Source of the DNA: Nitrospirota bacterium
Lineage (GTDB): Bacteria; Nitrospirota; UBA9217
Direction of reading: 5' to 3'
Assembly (NCBI GenBank): GCA_963737155.1
Contig: CAVTRN010000001.1
Location: 1,632,001-1,696,000, forward strand
DNA length: 64,000 nucleotides
This document shows positions 42,852 through 52,223 of this stretch, piece after piece. Within the stretch, counting starts at the first letter, position 1, and the number at the start of each line of letters is the position of its first letter. The notes under the pieces are model-generated. The model ran no database searches. It was given only the letters and a program-made list of their open reading frames with translations, and was not told where the DNA came from. A program made the position numbers and the translations under genes.

Positions 42852-45692
42852 ATGAAGATTATTGAATATGACGACCTTGATACATCAAAAGTGAAGCGTC
42901 AATACGGAAAGCTCATTGGCTTTCTTGAAAAGGACGATTTATATTCGGCAGAAGTTAAAAAACTGTCTGAACAGGATCTATTCCGAGCTAAGCTTGATGA
43001 TACCAATCGTCTCCTGTTTAAAATCATGACCTATGGAGGGGAGAGGTACGCCCTCATACTTGAGGTTGTGCTGAATCACGAGTATGATAAATCGAAGTTT
43101 CTGCGGGGCGTTCGAATTGACGAAGCAAAGATTCCGATTGTCGAGTCGGCGGCCGTGGGATGCGAAAAGCTTCCCGTCCTCTCATATATCAACCCGTCGC
43201 TTATCCGGTTTCATGTTCTTGACAAGGTGATATCTTTTGATCCTGATCAGCAAGAATCCTTTCAGCATCCCACGCCGCTCATCATCATTGGCCCCGCCGG
43301 CAGCGGCAAGACTGCGCTAACCCTCGAAAAGATGAAGCAAGCCCAGGGTCAGGTCCTGTATGTGACCTTGTCGCGCTACCTTGCGGATAATTCCCGAGAT
43401 ATTTATTATTCCCATCACTATGAAAACAATGAGCAAGAGATTGCCTTCCTGTCGTTCCGGGAATATCTTGAAACGATGCGGGTCCCCGAGGGCAGGGAAA
43501 TCACCTACCGGGCCTTTGCCGGATGGCTCACGAGGATTCCGAAGCAGCAACGCGTCTCCGACGCTCATCGTCTCTATGAGGAGTTCCGTGGTGTATTGAC
43601 CGGATCCATCATAGACAAACCATGGCTTACTCGCGAAGAGTACCTCGGGCTCGGAGTTCGGCAGTCCATCTTTCTTGCTGATGAGCGCGAAGCAGTATAC
43701 TTGCTATTCGAAAAATATCTTGCATTTTTGAAGGAGAATGGTTTTTACGACCCAAATATCCTGGCGCACGGTTACTTACTCCATGTAAAACCGTACTATG
43801 ATTTTGTCGTTGTTGATGAGGTGCAGGATATTACGAACATCCAGCTTCAGCTCATTCTCCGGAGTCTGAAGCGGCCTGATGATTTTATTCTCTGTGGTGA
43901 TTCTAATCAGATCGTCCATCCTAATTTTTTCTCATGGAGCGGCCTCAAAACTATGTTTTATCAGGCCGATGCTGTTGAATCAGGCAAGATGACGCGAATT
44001 TTACAGTCGAATTTCCGCAACTCGGTTTCCGTTACCAAACTTGCGAACAAGCTGCTCAGGGTAAAACACAAACGTTTCGGGTCTATCGACCGGGAAAGCA
44101 ATTATCTTATGAACAGTGTGTCGGACAGGTCTGGCGAGATCGTTTTCGTCCGGGACACGGATAAGGCTAAACGGGAATTGAGCCAAAAGACCCGAAGATC
44201 AACGAAATTCGCCGTATTGGTCATGCGCGATGAAGACAAGGCCTTGGTGCGGCAGTTCTTTGATACGCCGCTGCTCTTCAGCATTCAGGAGGCCAAGGGC
44301 CTGGAATACGAGAATGTTGTTCTCGTGAACTTTATATCGAGTGAGCGCGCCACCTTCCAGGAGATCATTGATGGGGTGAGTGAAGAGGACTTGATCGGGG
44401 AGTTGGATTATCGGAGGGCCCGGGACAAAACGGATAAATCCCTTGAGGTCTATAAGTTCTTCATTAATTCTCTTTATGTCGCCGTCACGCGCGCCGTGCA
44501 TAAATTGTATCTGATCGAGAGCGACATTAACCACCCGTTCATCGAAATGCTCGGGATTCAGGACGCGCGAGAGGATGCTATAGTTGACGAGAAGCAGTCC
44601 AGTATTGAGGAATGGCAAGCTGAGGCCCATAAACTGGAGCTCCAGGGCAGGCAGGAGCAGGCAGACGAAATCAGGCGAGGTATCCTGAAAACTCAGCCTG
44701 TTCCATGGGAAGTGTGTACGCCGAACTACGTACTGAAACTCCTTGCGCACGTTCGAAACCCCAAGGAAGTATCACAGAAACCGAAAAAAACATTGTTCGA
44801 ATACGCGTTGTACTACGACGAGCCCCGATTAATGGACACCTTAAGCCAGAGCGGATTCGACAAGGCAAAAAAACTATTTATTACGGAGTATGGTTCCCGG
44901 TCTTTGAACGAACCTGCATACGAGCAACAAAGAAACAGTGCGTTGACTCGATACCACGAGGATTACAGGGGTCGGTTTTATAAGAACATACTCAAACAAT
45001 GCGAAACTTACGGCATCGACCACCGTACGGTATTCAACAAAACACCTCTCATGCTTGCAGCGATTGAGGGCAACGCAGCGCTTATCCGGGAACTGCTCGC
45101 AGCGGGCGCTGATACGGAAGCGATCGATCATTATGGTTGTACGGCTTGGATGGGCGCTCTAGAATGGGCACTTCAGGACCGTGAATTCGCTTCCAAACAG
45201 TTTTCCTCTGTGCATGAGCTTCTTGCACCCTCTTATATTAGTCTGAAAATTGAGGACCGCCTGGTGAAACTAGACAGCAGTCAAGGAGAATTTTTTCTGT
45301 TCGCCATCTTTTTATCACTACTGCACAAACGTTTCAACTCAAAGTACGTGGCCATGGTCTCGCTCAACGCTATTACGCTGGCGGAAAGGGGTTCCCTCCT
45401 GCCGGACAGCATCGTGCCTGGGTACCGGAAGAAGAGGACCTATATTTCGGGGCTTCTATCGAAAAATGAAACGGAAAGCTCGAATCCATACAGCAGGAAG
45501 TTGTTCAGACGTGAGCGGCAGGGGTGGTATGTACTGAATCCGAAACTCGCCGTACGTCATCGTGAGGAATGGAGAAATATCTACCAGCATGCTGGCATCG
45601 ACCTGATTGCTCACATGGGGCCGGAAGGCGAGGGGGCGTACCGCTCCATGATGGCGCACGTGCTTAGCGATGGCGGACAAAAGGTTTATTAA
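42852..45692 (+). CDS. SF1 (UvrD-like) helicase with a putative N-terminal RelE-like domain and C-terminal ankyrin repeat
   Basis: GPAGSGKT, VVVDEVQD, CGDSNQ, SNFRN, EAKGLEY, YVAVTRA; ankyrin NKTPLMLAAIEGNAALIRELLAAGAD. Confidence 0.85.
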   Translation: MKIIEYDDLDTSKVKRQYGKLIGFLEKDDLYSAEVKKLSEQDLFRAKLDDTNRLLFKIMTYGGERYALILEVVLNHEYDKSKFLRGVRIDEAKIPIVESAAVGCEKLPVLSYINPSLIRFHVLDKVISFDPDQQESFQHPTPLIIIGPAGSGKTALTLEKMKQAQGQVLYVTLSRYLADNSRDIYYSHHYENNEQEIAFLSFREYLETMRVPEGREITYRAFAGWLTRIPKQQRVSDAHRLYEEFRGVLTGSIIDKPWLTREEYLGLGVRQSIFLADEREAVYLLFEKYLAFLKENGFYDPNILAHGYLLHVKPYYDFVVVDEVQDITNIQLQLILRSLKRPDDFILCGDSNQIVHPNFFSWSGLKTMFYQADAVESGKMTRILQSNFRNSVSVTKLANKLLRVKHKRFGSIDRESNYLMNSVSDRSGEIVFVRDTDKAKRELSQKTRRSTKFAVLVMRDEDKALVRQFFDTPLLFSIQEAKGLEYENVVLVNFISSERATFQEIIDGVSEEDLIGELDYRRARDKTDKSLEVYKFFINSLYVAVTRAVHKLYLIESDINHPFIEMLGIQDAREDAIVDEKQSSIEEWQAEAHKLELQGRQEQADEIRRGILKTQPVPWEVCTPNYVLKLLAHVRNPKEVSQKPKKTLFEYALYYDEPRLMDTLSQSGFDKAKKLFITEYGSRSLNEPAYEQQRNSALTRYHEDYRGRFYKNILKQCETYGIDHRTVFNKTPLMLAAIEGNAALIRELLAAGADTEAIDHYGCTAWMGALEWALQDREFASKQFSSVHELLAPSYISLKIEDRLVKLDSSQGEFFLFAIFLSLLHKRFNSKYVAMVSLNAITLAERGSLLPDSIVPGYRKKRTYISGLLSKNETESSNPYSRKLFRRERQGWYVLNPKLAVRHREEWRNIYQHAGIDLIAHMGPEGEGAYRSMMAHVLSDGGQKVY

Positions 45693-45903
45693 GGAAACTG
45701 CCGTGCGATTATGCTTGGTAACAGAAATGCCTTGAAATGTTCATTGTTACAGATATAATAAAGTCAAGGGATTCTCTCGATCATGATATATTACCCAGGG
45801 TTTGGACAAACCGATTGATGACAACAGACTTTTCTGTAAAGTCAGACGGACTCAGAAGTGGATAAATCCATTATGTGCACGGAAACCGTAAGGGGCATCG
45901 CAA

Positions 45904-46227
45904 ATGAATGATAGATTCTTGCGGATCCCGCATCTTGCCCAGAATGGCGATGTGAAAATATCCGACCATGGCTATGACGAACTTGCAGCTGACAATATCT
46001 TTGTTCGGGATGTTATAGCGACGGTTGCCGATGCGATCATTGTCGAGGATTATCCAGACTATCCAAAAGGGCCTTCCATCCTCGTGTTGCAGAAAGATCG
46101 GACTGGTCACTCAATACATGTGGTATGGGGCATTCCAAAAGGGGCATCGTCACCAGCAGTCCTGGTTACCGCTTATAGGCCGGATTTGGAACGCTGGTCA
46201 GACGATTTTCTAAGGAGAAAGAAATGA
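45904..46227 (+). CDS. DUF4258 domain protein (putative toxin)
   Basis: ISDHGYDE..EDYPDYPKGPSILVL..IHVVWG..LVTAYRPD..W. Confidence 0.8.
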   Translation: MNDRFLRIPHLAQNGDVKISDHGYDELAADNIFVRDVIATVADAIIVEDYPDYPKGPSILVLQKDRTGHSIHVVWGIPKGASSPAVLVTAYRPDLERWSDDFLRRKK

Positions 46228-46439
46228 AGTCAAAACATTATACAAAACTTGTGCATGAGCGGGAATATGTTGCCGAAGTAGATGTGGAATTGATTTATTC
46301 AGATGATGGGTGGTCACCTTATCTTTCCGTGGAAGATGCATACAAGCTGGATGATGTGCGCGAAGCTCTTCGGCAGGGCAATTTGGAAACAGCGTCCCGT
46401 TTGGCGAAAGTCTATACTTTAACCCCGCTAACCACATAG
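46224..46439 (+). CDS. Small partner protein of DUF4258 (putative antitoxin)
   Basis: ATGA-type overlap region with the upstream gene; 71 aa. Confidence 0.65.
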   Translation: MKSKHYTKLVHEREYVAEVDVELIYSDDGWSPYLSVEDAYKLDDVREALRQGNLETASRLAKVYTLTPLTT

Positions 46440-46759
46440 GTTTCCCATTGGGTGGAATATGACGTTAGAGAAAGTACAGTACAGTGGGGGTACTTTTGGG
46501 GGTATCCTGAAAATAGCATTTGAAAATATATAATAATTTCAATGCATTGGACAAACTATTTGATGGTCACCGCCTCACCATTTAAGCTATTTAAAAATAA
46601 GGGATTTTCAGTGTTTTTGTGGGTTTCTACGAATAATAAGTTGTGATTGACTTAAGGCTGATTTCAAATGAGATCAGCATTTTTTTTCGCCATCAGTCAC
46701 CAATGCTGTAATAGGCGGTTCCGTGATAATTTATCTAATAAGATTGAACGCCACACTGA
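46434..46759 (+). repeat. Island 1/2 junction: right arm, tmRNA-3' core (46568-46586, 1-nt deletion), left arm
   Basis: 46434-46567 matches 54970-55095; 46587-46759 matches 5107-5280; tandem GGGGGTA repeats. Confidence 0.9.
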
Positions 46760-46847
46760 CAATCCTAAATTCGACCCAATATCGCAAGTTATTTACCCGC
46801 ATTTTGTCCTCTTCCCTAAAGTGCCATTCTTCTGTATTATATTGTCT

Positions 46848-47420
46848 GTGCAAACCGCCGATGATCTTAAGTTCATAGAAGCGTTCAAAAAAGGAGACAC
46901 ATCGGCATTTGAGGAGATCGTCCTCAAATACCAGGATAAGATATACAACCTCTGCCGTCATATGCTCGGGAACGCCCACGACGCGGAGGACGCCGCACAG
47001 GATGTGTTCCTGAAAGCCTACAAGGCCCTGCCCAAGTTCCAGCCCGATGCATCTCTATACACTTGGCTCTATCGCATTGCGGTCAATACCTGCATTGATT
47101 ATCGAAGAAAGCCCCTCTTTGCATCTCTGTTCAACCGATTCGAGGACGGTGTGGACGTTATGATCGATAGGCCCTCGTATGAACCTTCTCCAGAACTGCT
47201 CTACGATTTGAAACAAGCGGGCCGTGCCCTATGGAGGAGCCTTGCAAGGATTTCTCCGAAGCTGAGGGCTGCCATTGTCTTGAAGGAAGTGGAGGGTCTC
47301 TCCTATGAGGAGATTGCCAAAGTCCTCGATATTTCCCTGGGGACGGTGAAATCACGGATTTCCCGGGCGCGGGAAGAATTGAAAATTTTAATGGAACAAA
47401 ATCAAAAACCATCCGTTTAA
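46848..47420 (+). CDS. ECF RNA polymerase sigma factor
   Basis: DAEDAAQDVFLKAY, TWLYRIAVN, GLSYEEIA..GTVKSRISRAR; GTG 46848 chosen because the longer ORF extends into the att arm. Confidence 0.9.
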   Translation: MQTADDLKFIEAFKKGDTSAFEEIVLKYQDKIYNLCRHMLGNAHDAEDAAQDVFLKAYKALPKFQPDASLYTWLYRIAVNTCIDYRRKPLFASLFNRFEDGVDVMIDRPSYEPSPELLYDLKQAGRALWRSLARISPKLRAAIVLKEVEGLSYEEIAKVLDISLGTVKSRISRAREELKILMEQNQKPSV

Positions 47421-47437
47421 TTGATAGGAGAGAGATA

Positions 47438-47890
47438 ATGAAGTGTCCAAAAACAAAATCTCTGTCATCATACCTTGATAACGAAGTGAAAGCTAAGGGA
47501 AAAACGTCGTTCGAAATTCACATGAAGGAGTGCGCCGCATGCTCCCTTAGACTTAAAGAGATGCAGACTCTCCTCAATCAGTTCGCCAGCGCAGAGAGAT
47601 ACAAGGCACCCTACGGGTTTTCCACACGGGTTATGGCCCTCGCAACCGCGCAGAAAGAGCGTAGGCTGTCACGGCTTCTTCCTCTGGTAACGAAATTTGC
47701 CGAGATTCTCATCCTGCTTGCAGTGATCAACATCGGCATCGCCTCCGGCAGGTTTGTGGTAACTAGCATCACGGCACAAAAGACCACAAAGATCGCATCG
47801 TCATTTTCTCTTGATGTTTTCGACCTTGCTCCGCCTGATTCGGTGGGGGGCGCATACATAGCGCTGACGGAGGTGAACCATGAGAAGTAG
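47438..47890 (+). CDS. Zinc-finger (HxxxCxxC) anti-sigma factor
   Basis: LSSYLDNE..HMKECAAC plus a TM segment. Confidence 0.85.
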   Translation: MKCPKTKSLSSYLDNEVKAKGKTSFEIHMKECAACSLRLKEMQTLLNQFASAERYKAPYGFSTRVMALATAQKERRLSRLLPLVTKFAEILILLAVINIGIASGRFVVTSITAQKTTKIASSFSLDVFDLAPPDSVGGAYIALTEVNHEK

Positions 47891-48347
47891 CGCTCCGTTG
47901 AAATTCGCTCTTGCTATTTCGTTGGCATTGAATCTGTCGTTTCTCGCAACCGCAGGATATACCTATTATAAACAATCCAGAACATGGACCTCTCCCTTTG
48001 GCGTAAAGATGGAAAAAAGCAAGTTCCTGTTCGAAGAGCTATCTCTCAAGCCTGAACAGCTCAATGCCTTGAGGGAGCGGACGATACCCTTCCGGGCCGA
48101 GCTCGACAAGCGTCGCGTGGAAATCACTGAAAAAAGAAAAGAGCTGATTGCGCTCCTGCGTGAGGATAAACCCGATAAAAATGCGGTAAACGCCGTCATT
48201 GCCGAAATCAGCAAGATGCAGGAAGAAATGCAGAGAATAATAGCAACACACATGCTGGAGTTAAAGGCATCCCTCGACAAGGACCAGCAGCAGAGATTTT
48301 TTGACTTGATTGAAAACACCATGCTGCAGAGCGGCCAGATGGGATGA
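47880..48347 (+). CDS. Periplasmic heavy-metal sensor (Spy/CpxP/ZraP-like)
   Basis: SLALNL, LSLKPEQ, LDKDQQQRF. Confidence 0.82.
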   Translation: MRSSAPLKFALAISLALNLSFLATAGYTYYKQSRTWTSPFGVKMEKSKFLFEELSLKPEQLNALRERTIPFRAELDKRRVEITEKRKELIALLREDKPDKNAVNAVIAEISKMQEEMQRIIATHMLELKASLDKDQQQRFFDLIENTMLQSGQMG

Positions 48348-48354
48348 TGGATAC

Positions 48355-48470
48355 GCTCAGTCTCGCTTATCTCACTTGCTGCCGGATAAATGCCGTGATG
48401 AACATCGTGCTCATTTCTGTGGGTGAACGCGTGAAGGAGATCGGCCTGTACAGGGCCGTCAACGCGAGAA
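48355..48470 (+). pseudogene. MacB/FtsX-type ABC permease remnant
   Basis: VMNIVLISVGERVKEIGLYRAV resembles the IMNIMLVSV.ER..EIG motif. Confidence 0.5.
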
Positions 48471-48486
48471 AAATGGAGGTTTTGAT

Positions 48487-49689
48487 ATGAACAGGAAAAC
48501 GATCCTAAGCAGCGCCATCGTTCTCTACTTTATAATCGGTTTTGAGATCTTGATAATGATAAGTCCGTTTGCGGGACTCTTCTATTCCGCATTCACTCCT
48601 TTTTTATTGGAACTGGCCAAGTATCCCGCCACACGGTGGTTGAGCGCCTTTTTTCTGCCTCACATGGTGGTCCCTCCGGGTGCTTTTTTAAAATTTGTCC
48701 GTGTGATGGGGTCGGTTCTTTTTGTAACAGGCTTGTCGGTGTTTGTCATTTGCGCGCTTCAGGTATACACGAACAAGTTCTTGAAAAGGGGCACGGCCTT
48801 AAGGGGGCTTTACTCAGTCATAAGACATCCCCAGTATGTTGGGCTTGCCTCGGCAGGGATCGGTCTCGCCATACTATGGCCAAGATTTCTCACCATTGTG
48901 CTCTGGCTCGTAATGATCGGGCTTTATTATCTCCTTTCCAAAGACGAGGAGAGGCGGATGCTTAAGGCGTATCCGGATACCTACGGGGCATATATGGAAA
49001 AAACAGGGATGTTCCTGCCAAAGAAGATGGAAAGGCCGCTCTCTCCTTCAGGCACTATGGGAAAGATTGCCCTATTCGCGCTCATTGCCACGTTAACCAT
49101 CGGCAGTGTCTTTTTTCTGAGGTATTACACGGTAAAAAACCTTCCTCTCTGGGCGCAAAATTTAAACGGCTCAGGCCCTCATGTGGTTGCACTAGCCCTC
49201 ATGCCGGACGATGCGCAAAAAATGGATCACAGAATGAATGATATCCTCTCGATGCATGAGGTGAAGACCAAACTTGGAAATAATGGGAATTATCTTGTCT
49301 ATTTCATTCCCCCCGATTACATCATGCAGGGAATGATTGCCGATACTGGAGATGAGTGGAGGCTCTACAAAAGGCACCACTTTACCTTAAGCAGATTTAT
49401 GGACTGGGTGATCCATCCTTTTAGCCACTTGGCGGGGCATCACCATGATGCCAATATGGAGCCCCTCGGCCATTCGCCATTTGGCATGGAGATGGGCATG
49501 GTAAGAAGGCTGATTTTTCTGAATGTCTCTGACGGGGTGTTCAGTCAGCCGTCCGATTTCTTTTCCATAAATGCAGAGAGAGTGCCCCAGTTCATGTTGG
49601 ACGTGGATGTACATAACCTGAAGCCCATCCAGGTTAAAGATTTACCAACAGATACAGGTTGGGGCAAACTGCCGACACCTATGTTTTAA
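48487..49689 (+). CDS. Isoprenylcysteine carboxyl methyltransferase-family membrane protein with a long His/Met-containing C-terminal domain
   Basis: GLYSVIRHPQY, EERRM..Y..YMEKT. Confidence 0.75.
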   Translation: MNRKTILSSAIVLYFIIGFEILIMISPFAGLFYSAFTPFLLELAKYPATRWLSAFFLPHMVVPPGAFLKFVRVMGSVLFVTGLSVFVICALQVYTNKFLKRGTALRGLYSVIRHPQYVGLASAGIGLAILWPRFLTIVLWLVMIGLYYLLSKDEERRMLKAYPDTYGAYMEKTGMFLPKKMERPLSPSGTMGKIALFALIATLTIGSVFFLRYYTVKNLPLWAQNLNGSGPHVVALALMPDDAQKMDHRMNDILSMHEVKTKLGNNGNYLVYFIPPDYIMQGMIADTGDEWRLYKRHHFTLSRFMDWVIHPFSHLAGHHHDANMEPLGHSPFGMEMGMVRRLIFLNVSDGVFSQPSDFFSINAERVPQFMLDVDVHNLKPIQVKDLPTDTGWGKLPTPMF

Positions 49690-49847
49690 AAAGTGAGAGC
49701 GATAGGCGGCTGTTTGACTTTCCACGGGCATAGAAGGCAAGATATCTTTATCTTGGAAGGGAAGTGAACAGTCCGAATTGCTTCAAAAAACGTTTGTCTA
49801 GCAATAACTTTACGAGAAAGATATTTTTAACATGAGGTATTCTTATT

Positions 49848-50309
49848 TTGGAACCGGAAGCAAAGCAGGTTGCAAATAAAGTTGCTGACGCTCAAGCCGA
49901 GGTGGGCGCTATTGTAGAAAAGCCGAAGAACCTTTATAACCGGATGGAATGGGCTGGGGCGTCCAGGGGCGTCGGAACATTGATCCCCTTTGTGGTTGCC
50001 TATATCACTATCGTGAAAAAGCCGCCACTCGGCCTTCTGTTCATGTTCGGTATTTCGCTTATAGCATCTGGGCTTTATTACCGGACACCTATTCCAATCC
50101 AGCCCATGAAAGCCATCGGCGCGGCAGCCATCGCTGTAGGCATAAGTCCAGCAGCCCATTTACGGATCAGGTCTTACCACGGGGCTTTTCTGGCTTCTTG
50201 CCGGAGTTACGGGGATTATCAGGCCGATTGCCAAACTTGCGACCAAACCCGTTGTTCACGGCAAGCGGAACCCTCTGGTGCTGAATATGACCAACAAAAA
50301 GTAATTTGA
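49848..50309 (+). pseudogene. Truncated MOT1-like molybdate/sulfate transporter
   Basis: NRMEWAGA..GTLIPF…PIPIQPMKAIGAAAI, then frameshift and truncation. Confidence 0.68.
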
Positions 50310-50354
50310 CTTTGCAGCATGCTCATGTTATAAGAATTTAACACTACATAAAAA

Positions 50355-50527
50355 AGCTACGCATTCAAGCTAAGGGAATCCCGTGGAAATCGGGAGCGGA
50401 ACCGCCGCTGTAATCCCGGCCCCTGTATCATAAGGGGGCCATACTCACTGCCAGAACATGCCACTGGCCCGGTTAACGGGTTGGGAAGGCGGGCAGGGAG
50501 GAAGGGGAAAGCCAGAAGACCTGCATG
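50355..50527 (+). ncRNA. Cobalamin riboswitch 1
   Basis: AAGGGAATCCCGTGGAAATCGGGAGCGG..CCGCCGCTGT..GCCACTG..GGGAAGGC..AGCCAGAAGACCTG; ends approximate. Confidence 0.88.
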
Positions 50528-50582
50528 GATGTTCTCGCACAGTCTTCGGCGTTAAGACGATGTGTGGTTAATTCTGTCTGTT

Positions 50583-50618
50583 AATCCCCAGTCTTCCAAG
50601 GAAGGCTGGGGATTTTTT
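50583..50618 (+). terminator. Riboswitch-associated intrinsic terminator
   Basis: AATCCCCAGTCTTCC-AA-GGAAGGCTGGGGATT followed by a T run. Confidence 0.82.
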
Positions 50619-50744
50619 ATTGGGGTGCGATACCCTAGGACGTAGCGTGGGCAAAACTGTTGTGACGGTCGTGAACGGGTTACCAAAACGTCAGATATAG
50701 AGGTGATAAGAACGAGATAGTCGGATTGAATCAGGCATAAGGCG

Positions 50745-50907
50745 AAATGTAGCATTCCGGGAGTGTTGAAGCGGAAAGGAGTGAAAATCTCCTGCTGTCA
50801 CGCAGCTGTGAAGATAACGAAAACCCAAGGAAAGAGCCGCTGTCACGGCAACCCCGTGATGGGAAGGCAGGCGAGTAGGCAGCCCTGAGCCGGAAGGCCT
50901 ATCATTC
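50745..50907 (+). ncRNA. Cobalamin riboswitch 2 (less canonical)
   Basis: GCGGAAAGGAGTGAAAATCTCCTGCTGTCACGCAGCTGT..GCCGCTG..GGGAAGGC..AGCCGGAAGGCCT; ends approximate. Confidence 0.75.
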
Positions 50908-50936
50908 CCAAAACCTCGACGTATAAGGAGAATAAA

Positions 50937-51707
50937 ATGTTAAGAGAAAACAAAAAATATAAAACTATAATTTCATTTTTGGTTCTTGTGTTCATGGGTT
51001 ACTGGATGTCAGCCAACAATGCATATGCCATGCACATATCAGAGGGGATCCTGCCCTTTAACTGGGCGGCGCTCTGGTTCGCGGTTGCAGCGCCGTTTGT
51101 GGCATTCGGTTTATTTCGGTTAAAGAGGCTATCGAAGGATGACCTGTCTTTTAAGCCGCTCGTCGGGTTTATGACGGCTGTTGTGTTTATTATCTCTTGT
51201 ATGCCCATCCCCGTTCCGACCGCAGGCACTTGTTCCCATCCGTGCGGAACAGGGTTAGCGGGGATACTCCTCGGTCCTGCGATAAGCACCCTCGTGGCGG
51301 CAGTGGCGCTCCTGATACAAGCGCTCTTTCTCTCTCATGGGGGTTTAAGTACGCTGGGAGCCAATACCGTCTCAATGGGTGTTATGGGTTCCTTTACAGG
51401 GTATTTAACGTTCAAGGCATTACGCACGTTGAAAGTGAACTTGGCGGTTGCATGCTTTATGGCAGGGCTGTTTGCCGACTGGGCGACATACCTGGCCACA
51501 TCCGCGGAACTCGCCTCAGGCATTCGGGGGGACTCTCCCTTTCTGCCGCTTTTTTATAAGATACTTATTGCCTTTATCCCGACACAGCTGCCTCTGGGAA
51601 TACTGGAAGGGGCGATGACTGCAGGCATGGTCGTTTTGCTGTATCGGAAGAGACCTGAATTGCTGGTCAGGATGGGCGTACTCAAACCGGAGGCGGTGAA
51701 AGCATGA
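50937..51707 (+). CDS. cbiM: ECF cobalt transporter substrate-binding subunit
   Basis: Signal peptide then MHISEGIL, GTCSHPCG, ALFLSHGGL, FIPTQLPLGILEG. Confidence 0.93.
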   Translation: MLRENKKYKTIISFLVLVFMGYWMSANNAYAMHISEGILPFNWAALWFAVAAPFVAFGLFRLKRLSKDDLSFKPLVGFMTAVVFIISCMPIPVPTAGTCSHPCGTGLAGILLGPAISTLVAAVALLIQALFLSHGGLSTLGANTVSMGVMGSFTGYLTFKALRTLKVNLAVACFMAGLFADWATYLATSAELASGIRGDSPFLPLFYKILIAFIPTQLPLGILEGAMTAGMVVLLYRKRPELLVRMGVLKPEAVKA

Positions 51708-52033
51708 AAATTCAAAATAAGAAATCCACACTGCTAAGTTACGGTAAAAAGATTCTTACCGCTTTTATGCTATATGTCGCCTGCAGTATGCTGTCTCCGG
51801 CCACTTCCGCCGCCGAGAAGTGGTCTGGTGTTGACGAATCTGTCGTCGAAAAATACGCAAAAGAACAGGGTAGAGAAGCGCATAAGCCACTGATCAATAC
51901 GGACCAGGGAGATCTTCTTCTCTTCGTCTTCCTCCTTGCAGGAACAGCAGGAGGTTTTGTCGCCGGATATTACTGGCGGATACTCATGGTTGAAAAAGCG
52001 ACCTCTTTATCAAAGGAAGTATTAAAAAGCTGA
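51704..52033 (+). CDS. CbiN-like auxiliary cobalt transport subunit
   Basis: WSGVDESVVEK..GDLLLFVFLLAG..GFVAGYYWR; overlaps the cbiM stop. Confidence 0.72.
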   Translation: MKIQNKKSTLLSYGKKILTAFMLYVACSMLSPATSAAEKWSGVDESVVEKYAKEQGREAHKPLINTDQGDLLLFVFLLAGTAGGFVAGYYWRILMVEKATSLSKEVLKS

Positions 52034-52223
52034 TGCACCCGTGGATGCACGTGCTGTTTTTTCAGTTAGCCCGCGTATCCATAAATTATAAAGGGCTATC
52101 TGTTCCCAACTTCCATAACTACCTGGCCCTAAGTTATTCGTGTTGCCATGCAGAATGCGTCTTACGCATGGCCTGTGGCTGTTTTTTTGTCCACGGTGCA
52201 ATCGAACGCTGGAGGTGCGAATA

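Larger units (their letters stand above)
5101..46580. mobile_element. Genomic island 1 integrated at tmRNA 3' end (no integrase found)
   Basis: Bounded by tmRNA 3' end at 5087-5106 and its copy at 46568-46586; accessory cargo with IS elements and TA pairs. Confidence 0.8.

Noticed and set aside
46427-46470. CTAAC…GTTAG hairpin at the end of the DUF4258 partner gene as attC
   Set aside because: Only ~44 bp, shorter than known attC sites, and mostly part of the island arm repeat.
46668-46847. Long N-terminal extension of the ECF sigma factor (and related ORF 5163-5348)
   Set aside because: It overlaps the non-coding att arm repeated after tmRNA, so it is a chance open frame.
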